Of a DNA stretch of 45,423 nucleotides, positions 38,001 to 45,423 are shown in pieces. Origin of the DNA: a virus (Duplodnaviria; Heunggongvirae; Uroviricota; Caudoviricetes). Location of the stretch: the IMG/VR virus record IMGVR_UViG_2563366980_000004. The stretch is one strand, 5' to 3'. A model generated the notes under the pieces. The model was given only the letters and a program-made list of their open reading frames with translations, was not told where the DNA came from and made no database searches. A program made the translations under genes and the position numbers. Every line of letters starts with the position of its first letter. The first letter of the stretch is position 1.

Positions 38001-38454
38001 CTGTCGGGTTCTGGGAAAACTGTCCGCGAACCAGATTGAAGGCGATCTCGTTAAAACAGTGGGCAAAGCTTTCCCCCGGGACTCCCGTGCACCGGAGCGG
38101 TGGCCATCAGGGACTATTACCGTCAGGGTTTATGACGATCAGTCGTTTGACCGGCAAATTGTTATTCCAGCGGTGGCTTTCTGCGGTGCCAGACATGAGC
38201 GGGAGAATAGCGATACTTATTCGTCATGCCGCCTGATAGTGAAGAAAAACGGGGCTGAAATTTATAACCGAACGGCTCTGGATAATACTCTGATTTACAC
38301 GGGTGTTATTGATATGCCTGCAGGCAGTGGTGTAATGACACTGGAGTTTTCTGTATCAGCATGGTGGGTAAATGGTTGGTATCCCACAGCAAGTATCAGC
38401 GATTTGCTGGTTGTTGTGATGAAGAAAGCCACTGCAGGCATCAGTATCAGCTGA
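35059..38454 (+). CDS. J: Host specificity / central tail fibre protein J
   Basis: 1131 aa, collinear with lambda gpJ throughout; GGAG RBS. Confidence 0.9.
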   Translation: MGKGSSKGHTPREAKDNLKSTQLLSVIDAISEGPIEGPVDGLKSVLLNSTPVLDSEGNTNISGVTVVFRAGEQEQTPPEGFESSGSETVLGTEVKYDTPITRTITSANIDRLRFTFGVQALVETTSKGDRNPSEVRLLVQIQRNGGWVTEKDITIKGKTTSQYLASVVVDNLPPRPFNIRMRRMTPDSTTDQLQNKTLWSSYTEIIDVKQCYPNTALVGVQVDSEQFGSQQVSRNYHLRGRILQVPSNYNPQTRQYSGIWDGTFKPAYSNNMAWCLWDMLTHPRYGMGKRLGAADVDKWALYVIGQNCDQSVPDGFGGTEPRITCNAWLTTQRKAWDVLSDFCSAMRCMPVWNGQTLTFVQDRPSDKVWTYNRSNVVMPDDGAPFRYSFSALKDRHNAVEVNWIDPNNGWETATELVEDTQAIARYGRNVTKMDAFGCTSRGQAHRAGLWLIKTELLETQTVDFSVGAEGLRHVPGDVIEICDDDYAGISIGGRVLAVNSQTRTLTLDREITLPSSGTTLISLVDGSGNPVSVEVQSVTDGVKVKVSRVPDGVAEYSVWGLKLPTLRQRLFRCVSIRENDDGTYAITAVQHVPEKEAIVDNGAHFDGDQSGTVNGVTPPAVQHLTAEVTSDSGEYQVLARWDTPKVVKGVSFMLRLTVAADDGSERLVSTARTTETTYRFRQLALGRYTLTVRAVNAWGQQGDPASVSFRIAAPAAPSRIELTPGYFQITATPHLAVYDPTVQFEFWFSEKRITDIRQVETTARYLGTALYWIAASINIKPGHDYYFYIRSVNTVGKSAFVEAVGQPSDDAEGYLDFFKGQITESHLGKELLEKVELTEDNASKLEEFSKEWKDANDKWNAMWGVKIEQTEDGRHYVAGLGLSMEDTEEGKLSQFLVAANRIAFIDPANGNETPMFVAQGNQIFMNEVFLKYLTAPTITSGGNPPVFSLTPDGRLTAKNADISGNVNANSGTLNNVTINENCRVLGKLSANQIEGDLVKTVGKAFPRDSRAPERWPSGTITVRVYDDQSFDRQIVIPAVAFCGARHERENSDTYSSCRLIVKKNGAEIYNRTALDNTLIYTGVIDMPAGSGVMTLEFSVSAWWVNGWYPTASISDLLVVVMKKATAGISIS

Positions 38455-38473
38455 ATTTTATAACCCCAATACG

Positions 38474-38497
38474 GGCGTCAGAAATGACGCCTTTTTT
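38474..38497 (+). terminator. Intrinsic terminator after J
   Basis: GGCGTCA-GAAA-TGACGCC followed by TTTTTT. Confidence 0.55.
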
Positions 38498-38521
38498 ATT
38501 GCAGAAAAGCGAGAGGTAATT

Positions 38522-39121
38522 ATGCGTAAATTATGTGCTGTTATTCTGTCCGCAGTAGTCTGGCTGGTTGCCGCTGGTACGCCAGCGAGCGCAGCAGAGC
38601 ATCAGTCCACACTAAGCGCCGGGTATCTTCAGACCCATACTTATATGCCAGGCAGTGATGACCTGAAGGGCATTAACGTGAAATACCGTTATGAATTTAC
38701 GGACACGCTGGGGCTGGTGACGTCATTCAGTTATGCAGGATACAAGAATCGTCAGCTGACCCGTTACAGCGATACCCGCTGGCATAAAGATTCCGTGCGT
38801 AACCGCTGGTTCAGCGTGATGGCGGGGCCGTCTGTGCGCGTGAATGAATGGTTCAGCGCGTATGCGATGGCGGGTATGGCTTACAGCCGTGTTTCGACTT
38901 TTTCCGGGGATTACCTCCGCGTAACTGACAACAAGGGGAAAACGCACGATGTGCTGACCGGAAGTGATGACGGTCGCCACAGCAACACGTCTCTGGCGTG
39001 GGGAGCTGGCGTGCAGTTTAACCCGACCGAATCCGTGGCCATTGATATTGCTTATGAAGGCTCCGGCAGTGGTGACTGGCGCACTGACGGTTTCATCGTG
39101 GGTGTCGGTTATAAGTTCTGA
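38522..39121 (+). CDS. lom: Lom outer-membrane protein (Ail/Lom/PagC/OmpX family)
   Basis: Signal peptide, beta-barrel-like alternating pattern, C-terminal GYKF; lambda lom position after J. Confidence 0.85.
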   Translation: MRKLCAVILSAVVWLVAAGTPASAAEHQSTLSAGYLQTHTYMPGSDDLKGINVKYRYEFTDTLGLVTSFSYAGYKNRQLTRYSDTRWHKDSVRNRWFSVMAGPSVRVNEWFSAYAMAGMAYSRVSTFSGDYLRVTDNKGKTHDVLTGSDDGRHSNTSLAWGAGVQFNPTESVAIDIAYEGSGSGDWRTDGFIVGVGYKF

Positions 39122-39148
39122 TTAGCCAGGTAACACAGTGTTATGACA

Positions 39149-39175
39149 GCCCGCCGGTTCAGGCGGGCTTTTTTG
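39149..39175 (+). terminator. Intrinsic terminator after lom
   Basis: GCCCGCC-GGTTCA-GGCGGGC followed by TTTTTT. Confidence 0.6.
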
Positions 39176-39185
39176 TGGAGTGGAT

Positions 39186-41561
39186 ATGGCAGCAGTAAAA
39201 ATCTCAGGTGTGCTGAAAGATGGTGCGGGAAAACCAATACAGAACTGCACTATTCAACTGAAGGCAAAGCGTAACAGCACCACGGTACTGGTGAACACGG
39301 TGGCCTCTGAAAATCCGGATGAAGCCGGGCGTTACAGCATGGATGTTGAGTATGGCCAGTACAGCGTCATCCTGCTGGTTGAAGGTTTTCCGCCTTCACA
39401 TGCCGGGACCATTACCGTCTATGAAGGCTCCAGACCAGGTACGCTGAATGATTTTCTCGGTGCCATGACGGAAGATGATGTCATGCCGGAGGCATTGCGT
39501 CGTTTTGAGGAAATGGTGGAAGAAGCGGCACGCAACGCTGAAGCCGCCTCTCAGAGCGCAGCGGCGGCAAAGAAATCCGAAACTGCAGCGGCATCATCGA
39601 AGAACGCGGCGAAAACCTCAGAAACGAATGCAGCTAATAGTGCACAGGCGGCAGCGACCTCACAGACTGCATCAGCAAACTCCGCGACAGCAGCCAAAAA
39701 ATCAGAAACCAACGCGAAAAATAGCGAGACAGCCGCAAAGACGAGCGAAACCAACGCAAAGTCCAGCCAGACGGCAGCGAAGACCAGCGAAACGAATGCT
39801 AAAGCCAGTGAAACTGCGGCAAAAAACAGCCAGGTTGCAGCAGCCCAAAGCGAGAGCGCGGCAGCCGGTTCTGCGACTTCAGCAGCTGGATCAGCAACTG
39901 CTGCGGCTAACAGCCAGAAAGCTGCGAAGACGAGTGAAACTAACGCAAAGTCCAGCCAGACGGCAGCGAAGACCAGCGAAACGAATGCCAAAGCCAGTGA
40001 AACTGCGGCGAAAAGCAGTCAGGATGCAGCGGCCCAAAGCGAGAGTGCCGCAGCCAGTTCTGCAAGTGAGGCGGCGGCTTCTGCTACTGCATCAGCCAAC
40101 AGTCAAAAAGCTGCAAAAACCAGTGAAACCAACGCAAAGGCGAGCGAGACTACGGCGGCCAACTCGGCGAAAGCATCCGCTGCAAGCCAGACCGCTGCAA
40201 AAGCAAGTGAAGACGCAGCCAGAGAGTATGCAAGCCAGGCAGCAGATCCGTATAAATATGTCTTACAGCCGCTGCCTGATGTGTGGATACCGTTTAACGA
40301 TTCACTGGATATGATTACGGGCTTTTCGCCATCATATAAAAAGATTGTTATTGGTGACGACGAAATAACGATGCCTGGCGACAAGATTGTTAAGTTTAAA
40401 CGTGCATCGAAAGCAACCTATATTAACAAATCTGGTGTGCTGACAGAGGCTGCCATTGATGAGCCTCGATTTGAACGTGATGGCCTGCTTATTGAGGGGA
40501 AAAGAACGAACTACATGCTCAATTCGGAAAACCCTGCCAGTTGGGGGCGATCGTCAAATATGGATGTTCCCGAAACCGGGACGGATAGTTTTGGTTTTAC
40601 CTATGGAAAGTTTGTCTGTAACGATTCTCTGATTGGGCAAACCTCAGCCATTAATATGGCATCAATTGCTGCAACAAAGTCAGTTGATGTCTCAGGCGAT
40701 AATAAATACGTGACAACCTCATGTCGTTTTAAAACAGAACTGCAGGTAAGGTTGCGTATCCGATTTGATAAATATGACGGTAGCGCAACAACTTTTCTTG
40801 GTGATGCGTATATTGATACACAAACGCTTGAAATTAATATGACAGGCGGCGCTGCCTCAAGGATTACAGCGAGAGTCAGAAAGGACGAAGCTACCGGATG
40901 GATTTTTGCAGAGGCAACAATTCAGGCAATTGATGGGGAGTTAAAAATAGGTTCTCAGATACAGTATTCTCCTAAGCAGGGCGGGGCAACCGTATCTGGT
41001 GACTATATTTATCTGGCCACCCCACAAGTAGAAAATGGGCCTTGTGTATCATCTTTTATTATATCAGGAACGACGGCGGCGACCCGCGCAAGCGATATAG
41101 TTACAGTTCCCATTAAGAATAATCTTTATAATCTTCCTTTTACGGTTCTTTGTGAGGTACATAAGAACTGGTATAAAACGCCAAATGCAGCGCCGCGTGT
41201 TTTTGACACCGGCGGTCATCAAACCGGAGCGGCTATTATTCTTGGCTTCGGTTCTTCAGCAGATTACGACGGATTTCCTTATTGCGATATTGGAGGAGCT
41301 AACAGACGGGTAAACGAAAACGCATTGCTTGAAAAAATGGTTATGGGGATGCGTGTAAAGTCAGATCAGTCTACGTGCTCAGTAAGTAACGGGCGTATAT
41401 CCAGCGAAACAAAAACCACATGGTCCTGTATTCAGAACACCGCAATTATCCGTATTGGAGGCCAGACTACAGCCGGGTTACGTCATTTATTTGGTCATGT
41501 CAGGAATTTCAGAATATGGCACAAGGCATTGACTGATGCTCAGGTGGGGGAGTCAATCTAA
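39186..41561 (+). CDS. stf: Side tail fibre protein (Stf-like N-terminus, Ala/Ser/Thr-rich repeat shaft, distinct C-terminal domain)
   Basis: N-terminus MAAVKISGVLKDGAGKPIQNCTIQLKAKRNSTTVLVNTVASENPDEAGRYSMDVEYGQYSVIL matches lambda Stf; central KTSETNAKxSxTAAK repeats. Confidence 0.85.
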   Translation: MAAVKISGVLKDGAGKPIQNCTIQLKAKRNSTTVLVNTVASENPDEAGRYSMDVEYGQYSVILLVEGFPPSHAGTITVYEGSRPGTLNDFLGAMTEDDVMPEALRRFEEMVEEAARNAEAASQSAAAAKKSETAAASSKNAAKTSETNAANSAQAAATSQTASANSATAAKKSETNAKNSETAAKTSETNAKSSQTAAKTSETNAKASETAAKNSQVAAAQSESAAAGSATSAAGSATAAANSQKAAKTSETNAKSSQTAAKTSETNAKASETAAKSSQDAAAQSESAAASSASEAAASATASANSQKAAKTSETNAKASETTAANSAKASAASQTAAKASEDAAREYASQAADPYKYVLQPLPDVWIPFNDSLDMITGFSPSYKKIVIGDDEITMPGDKIVKFKRASKATYINKSGVLTEAAIDEPRFERDGLLIEGKRTNYMLNSENPASWGRSSNMDVPETGTDSFGFTYGKFVCNDSLIGQTSAINMASIAATKSVDVSGDNKYVTTSCRFKTELQVRLRIRFDKYDGSATTFLGDAYIDTQTLEINMTGGAASRITARVRKDEATGWIFAEATIQAIDGELKIGSQIQYSPKQGGATVSGDYIYLATPQVENGPCVSSFIISGTTAATRASDIVTVPIKNNLYNLPFTVLCEVHKNWYKTPNAAPRVFDTGGHQTGAAIILGFGSSADYDGFPYCDIGGANRRVNENALLEKMVMGMRVKSDQSTCSVSNGRISSETKTTWSCIQNTAIIRIGGQTTAGLRHLFGHVRNFRIWHKALTDAQVGESI
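39745..40010. repeat. Intragenic direct repeats in stf (a near-identical ~68-bp unit occurring twice about 190 bp apart, plus degenerate copies)
   Basis: ACGCAAAGTCCAGCCAGACGGCAGCGAAGACCAGCGAAACGAATGC(T/C)AAAGCCAGTGAAACTGCGGC occurs at about 39753 and 39942. Confidence 0.5.
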
Positions 41562-41842
41562 TGAAAGATTTAACACTCAAATTTGCCGACAGGGCCGACT
41601 TTTCGGCCTTTATGGAGAGTATTGGCTATTATGATGACGAGTCGATGCAGGATGATATTCTTATTGACGTGATAGGTAACGTGTACAAAGAAAACGGAGA
41701 ACTGAATGAAGATGGCGAACCGGTATGTGTTAAGGACGACGGATATTTTGTAAACGTGCGCATCATTAATGATGTGAAAACACCATCAATATTCGATGAA
41801 TACGTGGTTGCTGTTGAGCATCAACTTCGTGGCTGGATGTGA
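41561..41842 (+). CDS. Hypothetical small acidic protein (possible fibre-associated chaperone)
   Basis: 93 aa; TAATG overlap with stf stop; no family recognised. Confidence 0.55.
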   Translation: MKDLTLKFADRADFSAFMESIGYYDDESMQDDILIDVIGNVYKENGELNEDGEPVCVKDDGYFVNVRIINDVKTPSIFDEYVVAVEHQLRGWM

Positions 41843-41851
41843 GGAAGAAAA

Positions 41852-42892
41852 ATGGCTACATCGACAGTAATTCCTGATGACATCAAAACGCTAAAATCCG
41901 ACGTTAGCAAATTAAAAAACGATCAAGGAAGCTACGCAACAAAATCATATGTAGACAGCAAAGATGAAACCGTTGGTGACTGGTCTGCTTCATGGTATCA
42001 GCAGGTATTGCCAACTAGCGGAGCTATATTTGGGAGAAAACTCCGCTCAACTCACAGGACGGCAGGTGTTGAGGATGCGTATTGCGAACTATACCTCAAA
42101 AAATGGATAGACAGTCCAGGTAACGCAATGGCGCGCCTTAACCTGAACGATAACGGGACAAACATTTGCTGGGACTTTACCAACCTTTATGGCGGTACGA
42201 TGATTTTTCCCGGTGACAGCGGATACCTCAAAATGGGTAACTGCCTTATGTCATACAGCAAGCGTGGAAGTAACGCGCTTATTAAATTTGATTACACCGA
42301 CACATTACAGATCAAATATGCCAATCATGGGTCAACCATGACATTAAACACACAGGGAACCGCTCATTCTGGCGCTACTACTAGTTTGTGGGGTAACTCT
42401 ACCCGTCCGGTTGTATATGAAGTTGGTGCTGATGGTGGCGCGTATATGTTCTATGCGCAGAAAAATACCGATAACACCTATATGTTAAGCGTTAATGGTG
42501 CATGTCATGCCACCGCATTTAACCAGCATTCCGACCGGGATCTGAAAGACAACATTCAGGTGATCGATAATGCAACCGACCGCATCCGTAAAATGAACGG
42601 CTATACATACACGCTTAAAGAAAACGGTATGCCCTATGCTGGTGTCATTGCACAGGAAGCACTGGAAGCAATCCCAGAAGTTGTAGGTTCCGCAATGAAA
42701 TATCAGGACGGTGCAGGCGGATCGGAAGGTGAAGAAGGTGAACGTTATTACACAGTAGATTATTCTGGTGTTACTGGCTTGCTTGTTCAGGTAGCCAGAG
42801 AGTCAGACGACAGAATAACAGCACTGGAAGAAGAAAACGCAGAATTAAGACAAAGATTATCTGCAATTGAGGCGGCGCTTGCGTCTAAATAA
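41852..42892 (+). CDS. Second tail fibre/spike protein with C-terminal intramolecular chaperone (peptidase S74-like) domain
   Basis: C-terminal region (HSDRDLKDNIQ...MNGYTYTLKENG...GVIAQEALEAIPEVV...VDYSGVTGLLVQVARE...LEEENAELRQRL) resembles the self-cleaving chaperone domain of endosialidase-type fibres. Confidence 0.75.
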   Translation: MATSTVIPDDIKTLKSDVSKLKNDQGSYATKSYVDSKDETVGDWSASWYQQVLPTSGAIFGRKLRSTHRTAGVEDAYCELYLKKWIDSPGNAMARLNLNDNGTNICWDFTNLYGGTMIFPGDSGYLKMGNCLMSYSKRGSNALIKFDYTDTLQIKYANHGSTMTLNTQGTAHSGATTSLWGNSTRPVVYEVGADGGAYMFYAQKNTDNTYMLSVNGACHATAFNQHSDRDLKDNIQVIDNATDRIRKMNGYTYTLKENGMPYAGVIAQEALEAIPEVVGSAMKYQDGAGGSEGEEGERYYTVDYSGVTGLLVQVARESDDRITALEEENAELRQRLSAIEAALASK

Positions 42893-42919
42893 TATTAAGG
42901 GGCCGAGCGCCCCGTTTTA

Positions 42920-43228
42920 TTGGGTAGGATGAAAATGGATATAACACCTTTCCTTCATGCGCTTTGTGCTGCGGCTGCGCAGCTATTGATTGGTCTTTTT
43001 ACCGGGAACTGGGCTTACGGGGCGATAGCCGGTTGTACGTTCTTCATTGCGCGCGAACATACCCAGGCAGAATATCGCTGGATTGAAATGTTCGGGCATG
43101 GCAAGCGTATGAATATGCCGTGGTGGGGCGGTTTTGATCCTCGTGCATGGGATGTGGCAAGCCTGATGGATTTTTCTGTGCCGGTGGTGGCGTGTCTGCT
43201 GGTCTGGCTGTTGGTTAATCGTGGGTGA
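42920..43228 (+). CDS. Hypothetical small membrane protein
   Basis: 102 aa with two to three hydrophobic segments; possible alternative start at MKMDITPF; preceded by a hairpin terminator-like element. Confidence 0.5.
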   Translation: MGRMKMDITPFLHALCAAAAQLLIGLFTGNWAYGAIAGCTFFIAREHTQAEYRWIEMFGHGKRMNMPWWGGFDPRAWDVASLMDFSVPVVACLLVWLLVNRG

Positions 43229-43238
43229 AAAAAGGTGA

Positions 43239-43367
43239 GCTGTATATGCAACGGAGGAAGAAACCTCGTTGCTGGAAGCCTGGAAGAAGTATCGGGTGTT
43301 GCTGAATCGCGTTGATACATCAGTAGCACCGGATACTGAGTGGCCGGAAGAACCAGACACAATGTAA
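43239..43367 (+). pseudogene. tfa: 3' remnant of a tail fibre assembly (tfa) gene
   Basis: Start-less frame encoding ...[38 protein letters not shown]-stop, resembling the conserved Tfa C-terminus; an in-frame stop lies immediately upstream and there is no start codon. Confidence 0.5.
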
Positions 43368-43531
43368 GTGAAAAAGAAAAAACGCAGACACGACGTATGC
43401 AGGACGTGCTGCGGTTGGCTGGTGAACTTTCGATAGTGCGAGTATTGAATGATTTCCAGCCGTTACTGATTTTACGCATTTCACGCGCAAGAGAAATTGA
43501 ACTTTATCCCTCTGTCACCCCATGACGGGGA

Positions 43532-44290
43532 TTAACATTCTGGATTTTTTATTTCTAAATCAGATAAAGCATTAATTCTTATTTTTTCTAAGGCTTTATC
43601 CATGGCCCCCTTGATTCTGTATCCATAATCATCCGGTTCTTCATATTCCTGTGGGGACGGATTTGTACCAATATTCTCAATCAATTCATTTAAAATAACT
43701 GTTACTTCTTTATTAAGAAGAACTGCTTTAGTTAACATCATCTCTGTTAATGCTGTGAAGGCTAGGCTAAGTTTCTGTTGTAGCTCTTTATTTTTTAATT
43801 TTAGATCTTCATCGTTTAGTGCTTTATCACGGTCTTCGTGAGCCTGTTGTACTTCATCCCAAAACTGCTTTTCTTGTTCTTGATTAAAATATCCTTGATA
43901 ACTATTGGCTACATATGTTGGCATCATGTGAATCTCAATAATTTCAAATTCATTATCAGCCCATTTTTTTATACTAAGTAACTGTGTGTAAATGTACTCA
44001 TACATATCGTACTTTTTTTGCCAGATTTGTTGAGAAATCCACAACTCAGAAGTAATCTTTTTTTCTATATCTTTGATAGTTGTTGTATTTAATGCTAACT
44101 GCTTTCTGAGTATTTCATAGTTAGCGTTGGTAGCAGAAATTTTTGCTTTTTCAGTTATAAAAGAAACAATAAAGTTCACTATGAGAGCTACAATAATAAT
44201 AGCGAAGCTCAACCCCAAAATCTCTGTGGTTGAGAAATTGGATGACTGTAATGCTTTGATAAGTTCAAAAAACTGTTTTTCTGTGAGCAT
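43532..44290 (-). CDS. Hypothetical membrane-anchored coiled-coil protein (AT-rich cargo gene)
   Basis: 252 aa; ATG with AAGG RBS; single N-terminal TM (ILGLSFAIIIVALIVNFIVSFI) followed by an acidic coiled-coil region; AT-rich, antisense to the tail genes. Confidence 0.65.
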   Translation of the reverse strand: MLTEKQFFELIKALQSSNFSTTEILGLSFAIIIVALIVNFIVSFITEKAKISATNANYEILRKQLALNTTTIKDIEKKITSELWISQQIWQKKYDMYEYIYTQLLSIKKWADNEFEIIEIHMMPTYVANSYQGYFNQEQEKQFWDEVQQAHEDRDKALNDEDLKLKNKELQQKLSLAFTALTEMMLTKAVLLNKEVTVILNELIENIGTNPSPQEYEEPDDYGYRIKGAMDKALEKIRINALSDLEIKNPEC

Positions 44291-44388
44291 GGTGCCTTAC
44301 CAAAAATTAAGACTGTTATCTATATAAAAATGTTACCCAAGAGGGATTGTAATGAAATAACAAACCGGCACATTGGCCGGTTTGAAGT

Positions 44389-45423
44389 TCAAGGAGGTGA
44401 GATTGTAGAGGCGTTACCTTGTTCTATCACACCAGACCTAATCTTGTAACTACCAAGGATGTTGACCGTTTTATTATTTTTCATCGCGTCAAAAATTAAG
44501 CCTATTTCATCAGGGTCATTGATAAAACTGGTATCAACATAGATCGGGAATGAATCATCACCTGTTGGCTCATGGCAGCTTAACGTTAGCTTATCGGCTG
44601 AGCGTTTTATACTATCAATGACAACTTCCAATGTTTGCTGCTCTGACTTAGCCTTTTCAATTGGGTTCTTGATGATTTCTTGAACCTGACCTTGCGAAAG
44701 TTCAATATTGCTGGCCCCGCGGATCGTCACTTTGTCTGCATCAGATGCACCTTTAAGAACTCCAGTGTATGCCTTAGCGGTGTGCTCTTGGATACCTTCG
44801 GCGCGCTCTATCGTATCAATACCTTCATGTGCTTTTATTGCAGACAGCATACCATCGCGTAGAATTGTCATCCGCTCGGATTCTGCTCGCTGTTTTGCTT
44901 CTTCCTGTTGTAACTCAATAGTTTTGGTTTCGACTTGTGTCTGATGATCTAAGTAGGACGTACCGACCCATGCGCCGCCTAAAACTAAGACAGCAAACAG
45001 GAAACACATTGTTTTCTGTCTTGGGCTCATACCTTGTGTTACCTTCTCAAATGCGTTACCAAAGGAATCAATAAGTTCTTTAACTGAGGTGATAATTTCT
45101 GTACAGCCAGGTTTGATAGTAAAAACCAACTCTGCAGCTTCTCTATCCTCAGCAGTGAGCTTCTGTAAGTTAGAGGTTTTGTACTTGATTAGAGTAAAAA
45201 CCTTGTACATCTCAGTTTGAAATTCACAAATACCCTGTGCCAAACCTGCAGGCAGAGTACCATTATACTTATCTTCATCACCAAAAAATTTGAAATCAAT
45301 ACTTTCTAAGAAGTTTAACTTCAAATTTTCAATGTGGATTTCTTCGCCTGAAATAACTCGGTCGAAAATATTTCCTATATCATCAATATCATTGATTTCA
45401 TAGGTCTGAATTGCATCTTCCAT
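44389..45423 (-). CDS. Hypothetical protein with central TM segment and coiled-coil (AT-rich cargo gene; N-terminus may lie beyond the window)
   Basis: ORF runs to the window edge (344 aa seen); acidic N-terminal region, TM segment (TMCFLFAVLVLGGAWVGTSYL), Q/E-rich coiled-coil, C-terminal globular region; same strand and composition as 43532..44290. Confidence 0.65.
   Translation of the reverse strand: MEDAIQTYEINDIDDIGNIFDRVISGEEIHIENLKLNFLESIDFKFFGDEDKYNGTLPAGLAQGICEFQTEMYKVFTLIKYKTSNLQKLTAEDREAAELVFTIKPGCTEIITSVKELIDSFGNAFEKVTQGMSPRQKTMCFLFAVLVLGGAWVGTSYLDHQTQVETKTIELQQEEAKQRAESERMTILRDGMLSAIKAHEGIDTIERAEGIQEHTAKAYTGVLKGASDADKVTIRGASNIELSQGQVQEIIKNPIEKAKSEQQTLEVVIDSIKRSADKLTLSCHEPTGDDSFPIYVDTSFINDPDEIGLIFDAMKNNKTVNILGSYKIRSGVIEQGNASTISPP

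Larger units (their letters stand above)
157..45423. mobile_element. Lambdoid prophage (left junction near 157; continues beyond the right edge of the window)
   Basis: Contiguous integrase, immunity, replication, Q, lysis, cos, terminase, head, tail and tail-fibre modules in canonical lambdoid order; left boundary inferred from the point where prfC coding sequence is lost. Confidence 0.85.

Noticed and set aside
36151-38066. Several 100-250-aa minus-strand ORFs inside gene J
   Set aside because: Antisense to a gene collinear with lambda gpJ over 1131 aa; Arg/His/Pro-rich composition typical of spurious antisense frames in GC-rich coding DNA.
39700-40150. Possible CRISPR array suggested by the direct repeats
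   Set aside because: The repeats are about 68 bp, protein-coding, in frame within stf, with no short unique spacers and no cas genes nearby.
39475-40384. Long ORFs in alternative frames and on the opposite strand within stf (39475..40314 +, 39551..39991 -, 40103..40384 -)
   Set aside because: They run through the Ala/Ser/Thr-rich tandem repeat of the fibre gene, have extreme low-complexity composition (R/K/P/Q runs or poly-Ala/Phe), and lie entirely inside a well-supported gene.

Overview
The window is almost entirely a lambdoid prophage, apparently inserted in the 5' end of the host prfC gene (a truncated prfC' reading frame at 91..165 runs into phage DNA). From left to right: tyrosine integrase (+), an AT-rich membrane-protein moron and an AlpA/Xis-like gene (-), a leftward early operon resembling E. 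coli CPS-53/KplE1 (DUF551 proteins, HNH endonuclease, HD-domain YfdR-like, DUF2303 YfdQ-like), a CI/Cro immunity switch with TTGC-N7-GCAA operators, a rightward replication/nin region (CII-like, Rha, O-like initiator with iterons, PerC-like, Dam methylase, LexA-N-domain protein, RusA, KilA-N, DUF968, Q), a lipoprotein moron, a second DNA methyltransferase, a phage-21-type lysis cassette (pinholin, SAR endolysin, Rz/Rz1), a lambda-like cos, terminase, head genes (W, portal, protease-capsid fusion), a lambda-like tail module (Z,U,V,G,T,H,M,L,K,I,J), lom, a side tail fibre with internal tandem repeats, a second fibre with a C-terminal S74-type chaperone domain, and a tfa remnant. The best candidates for undescribed cargo are the AT-rich two-gene minus-strand cassette at the right end (43532..45423, running to the window edge), the 4-TM coiled-coil gene between int and xis (1976..2971), and the lipoprotein between Q and the late promoter (15958..16404). 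All homology calls are from reading the translations and recalled family signatures; no database search was run, and coordinates of hairpins and repeats are approximate to 1-2 nt.
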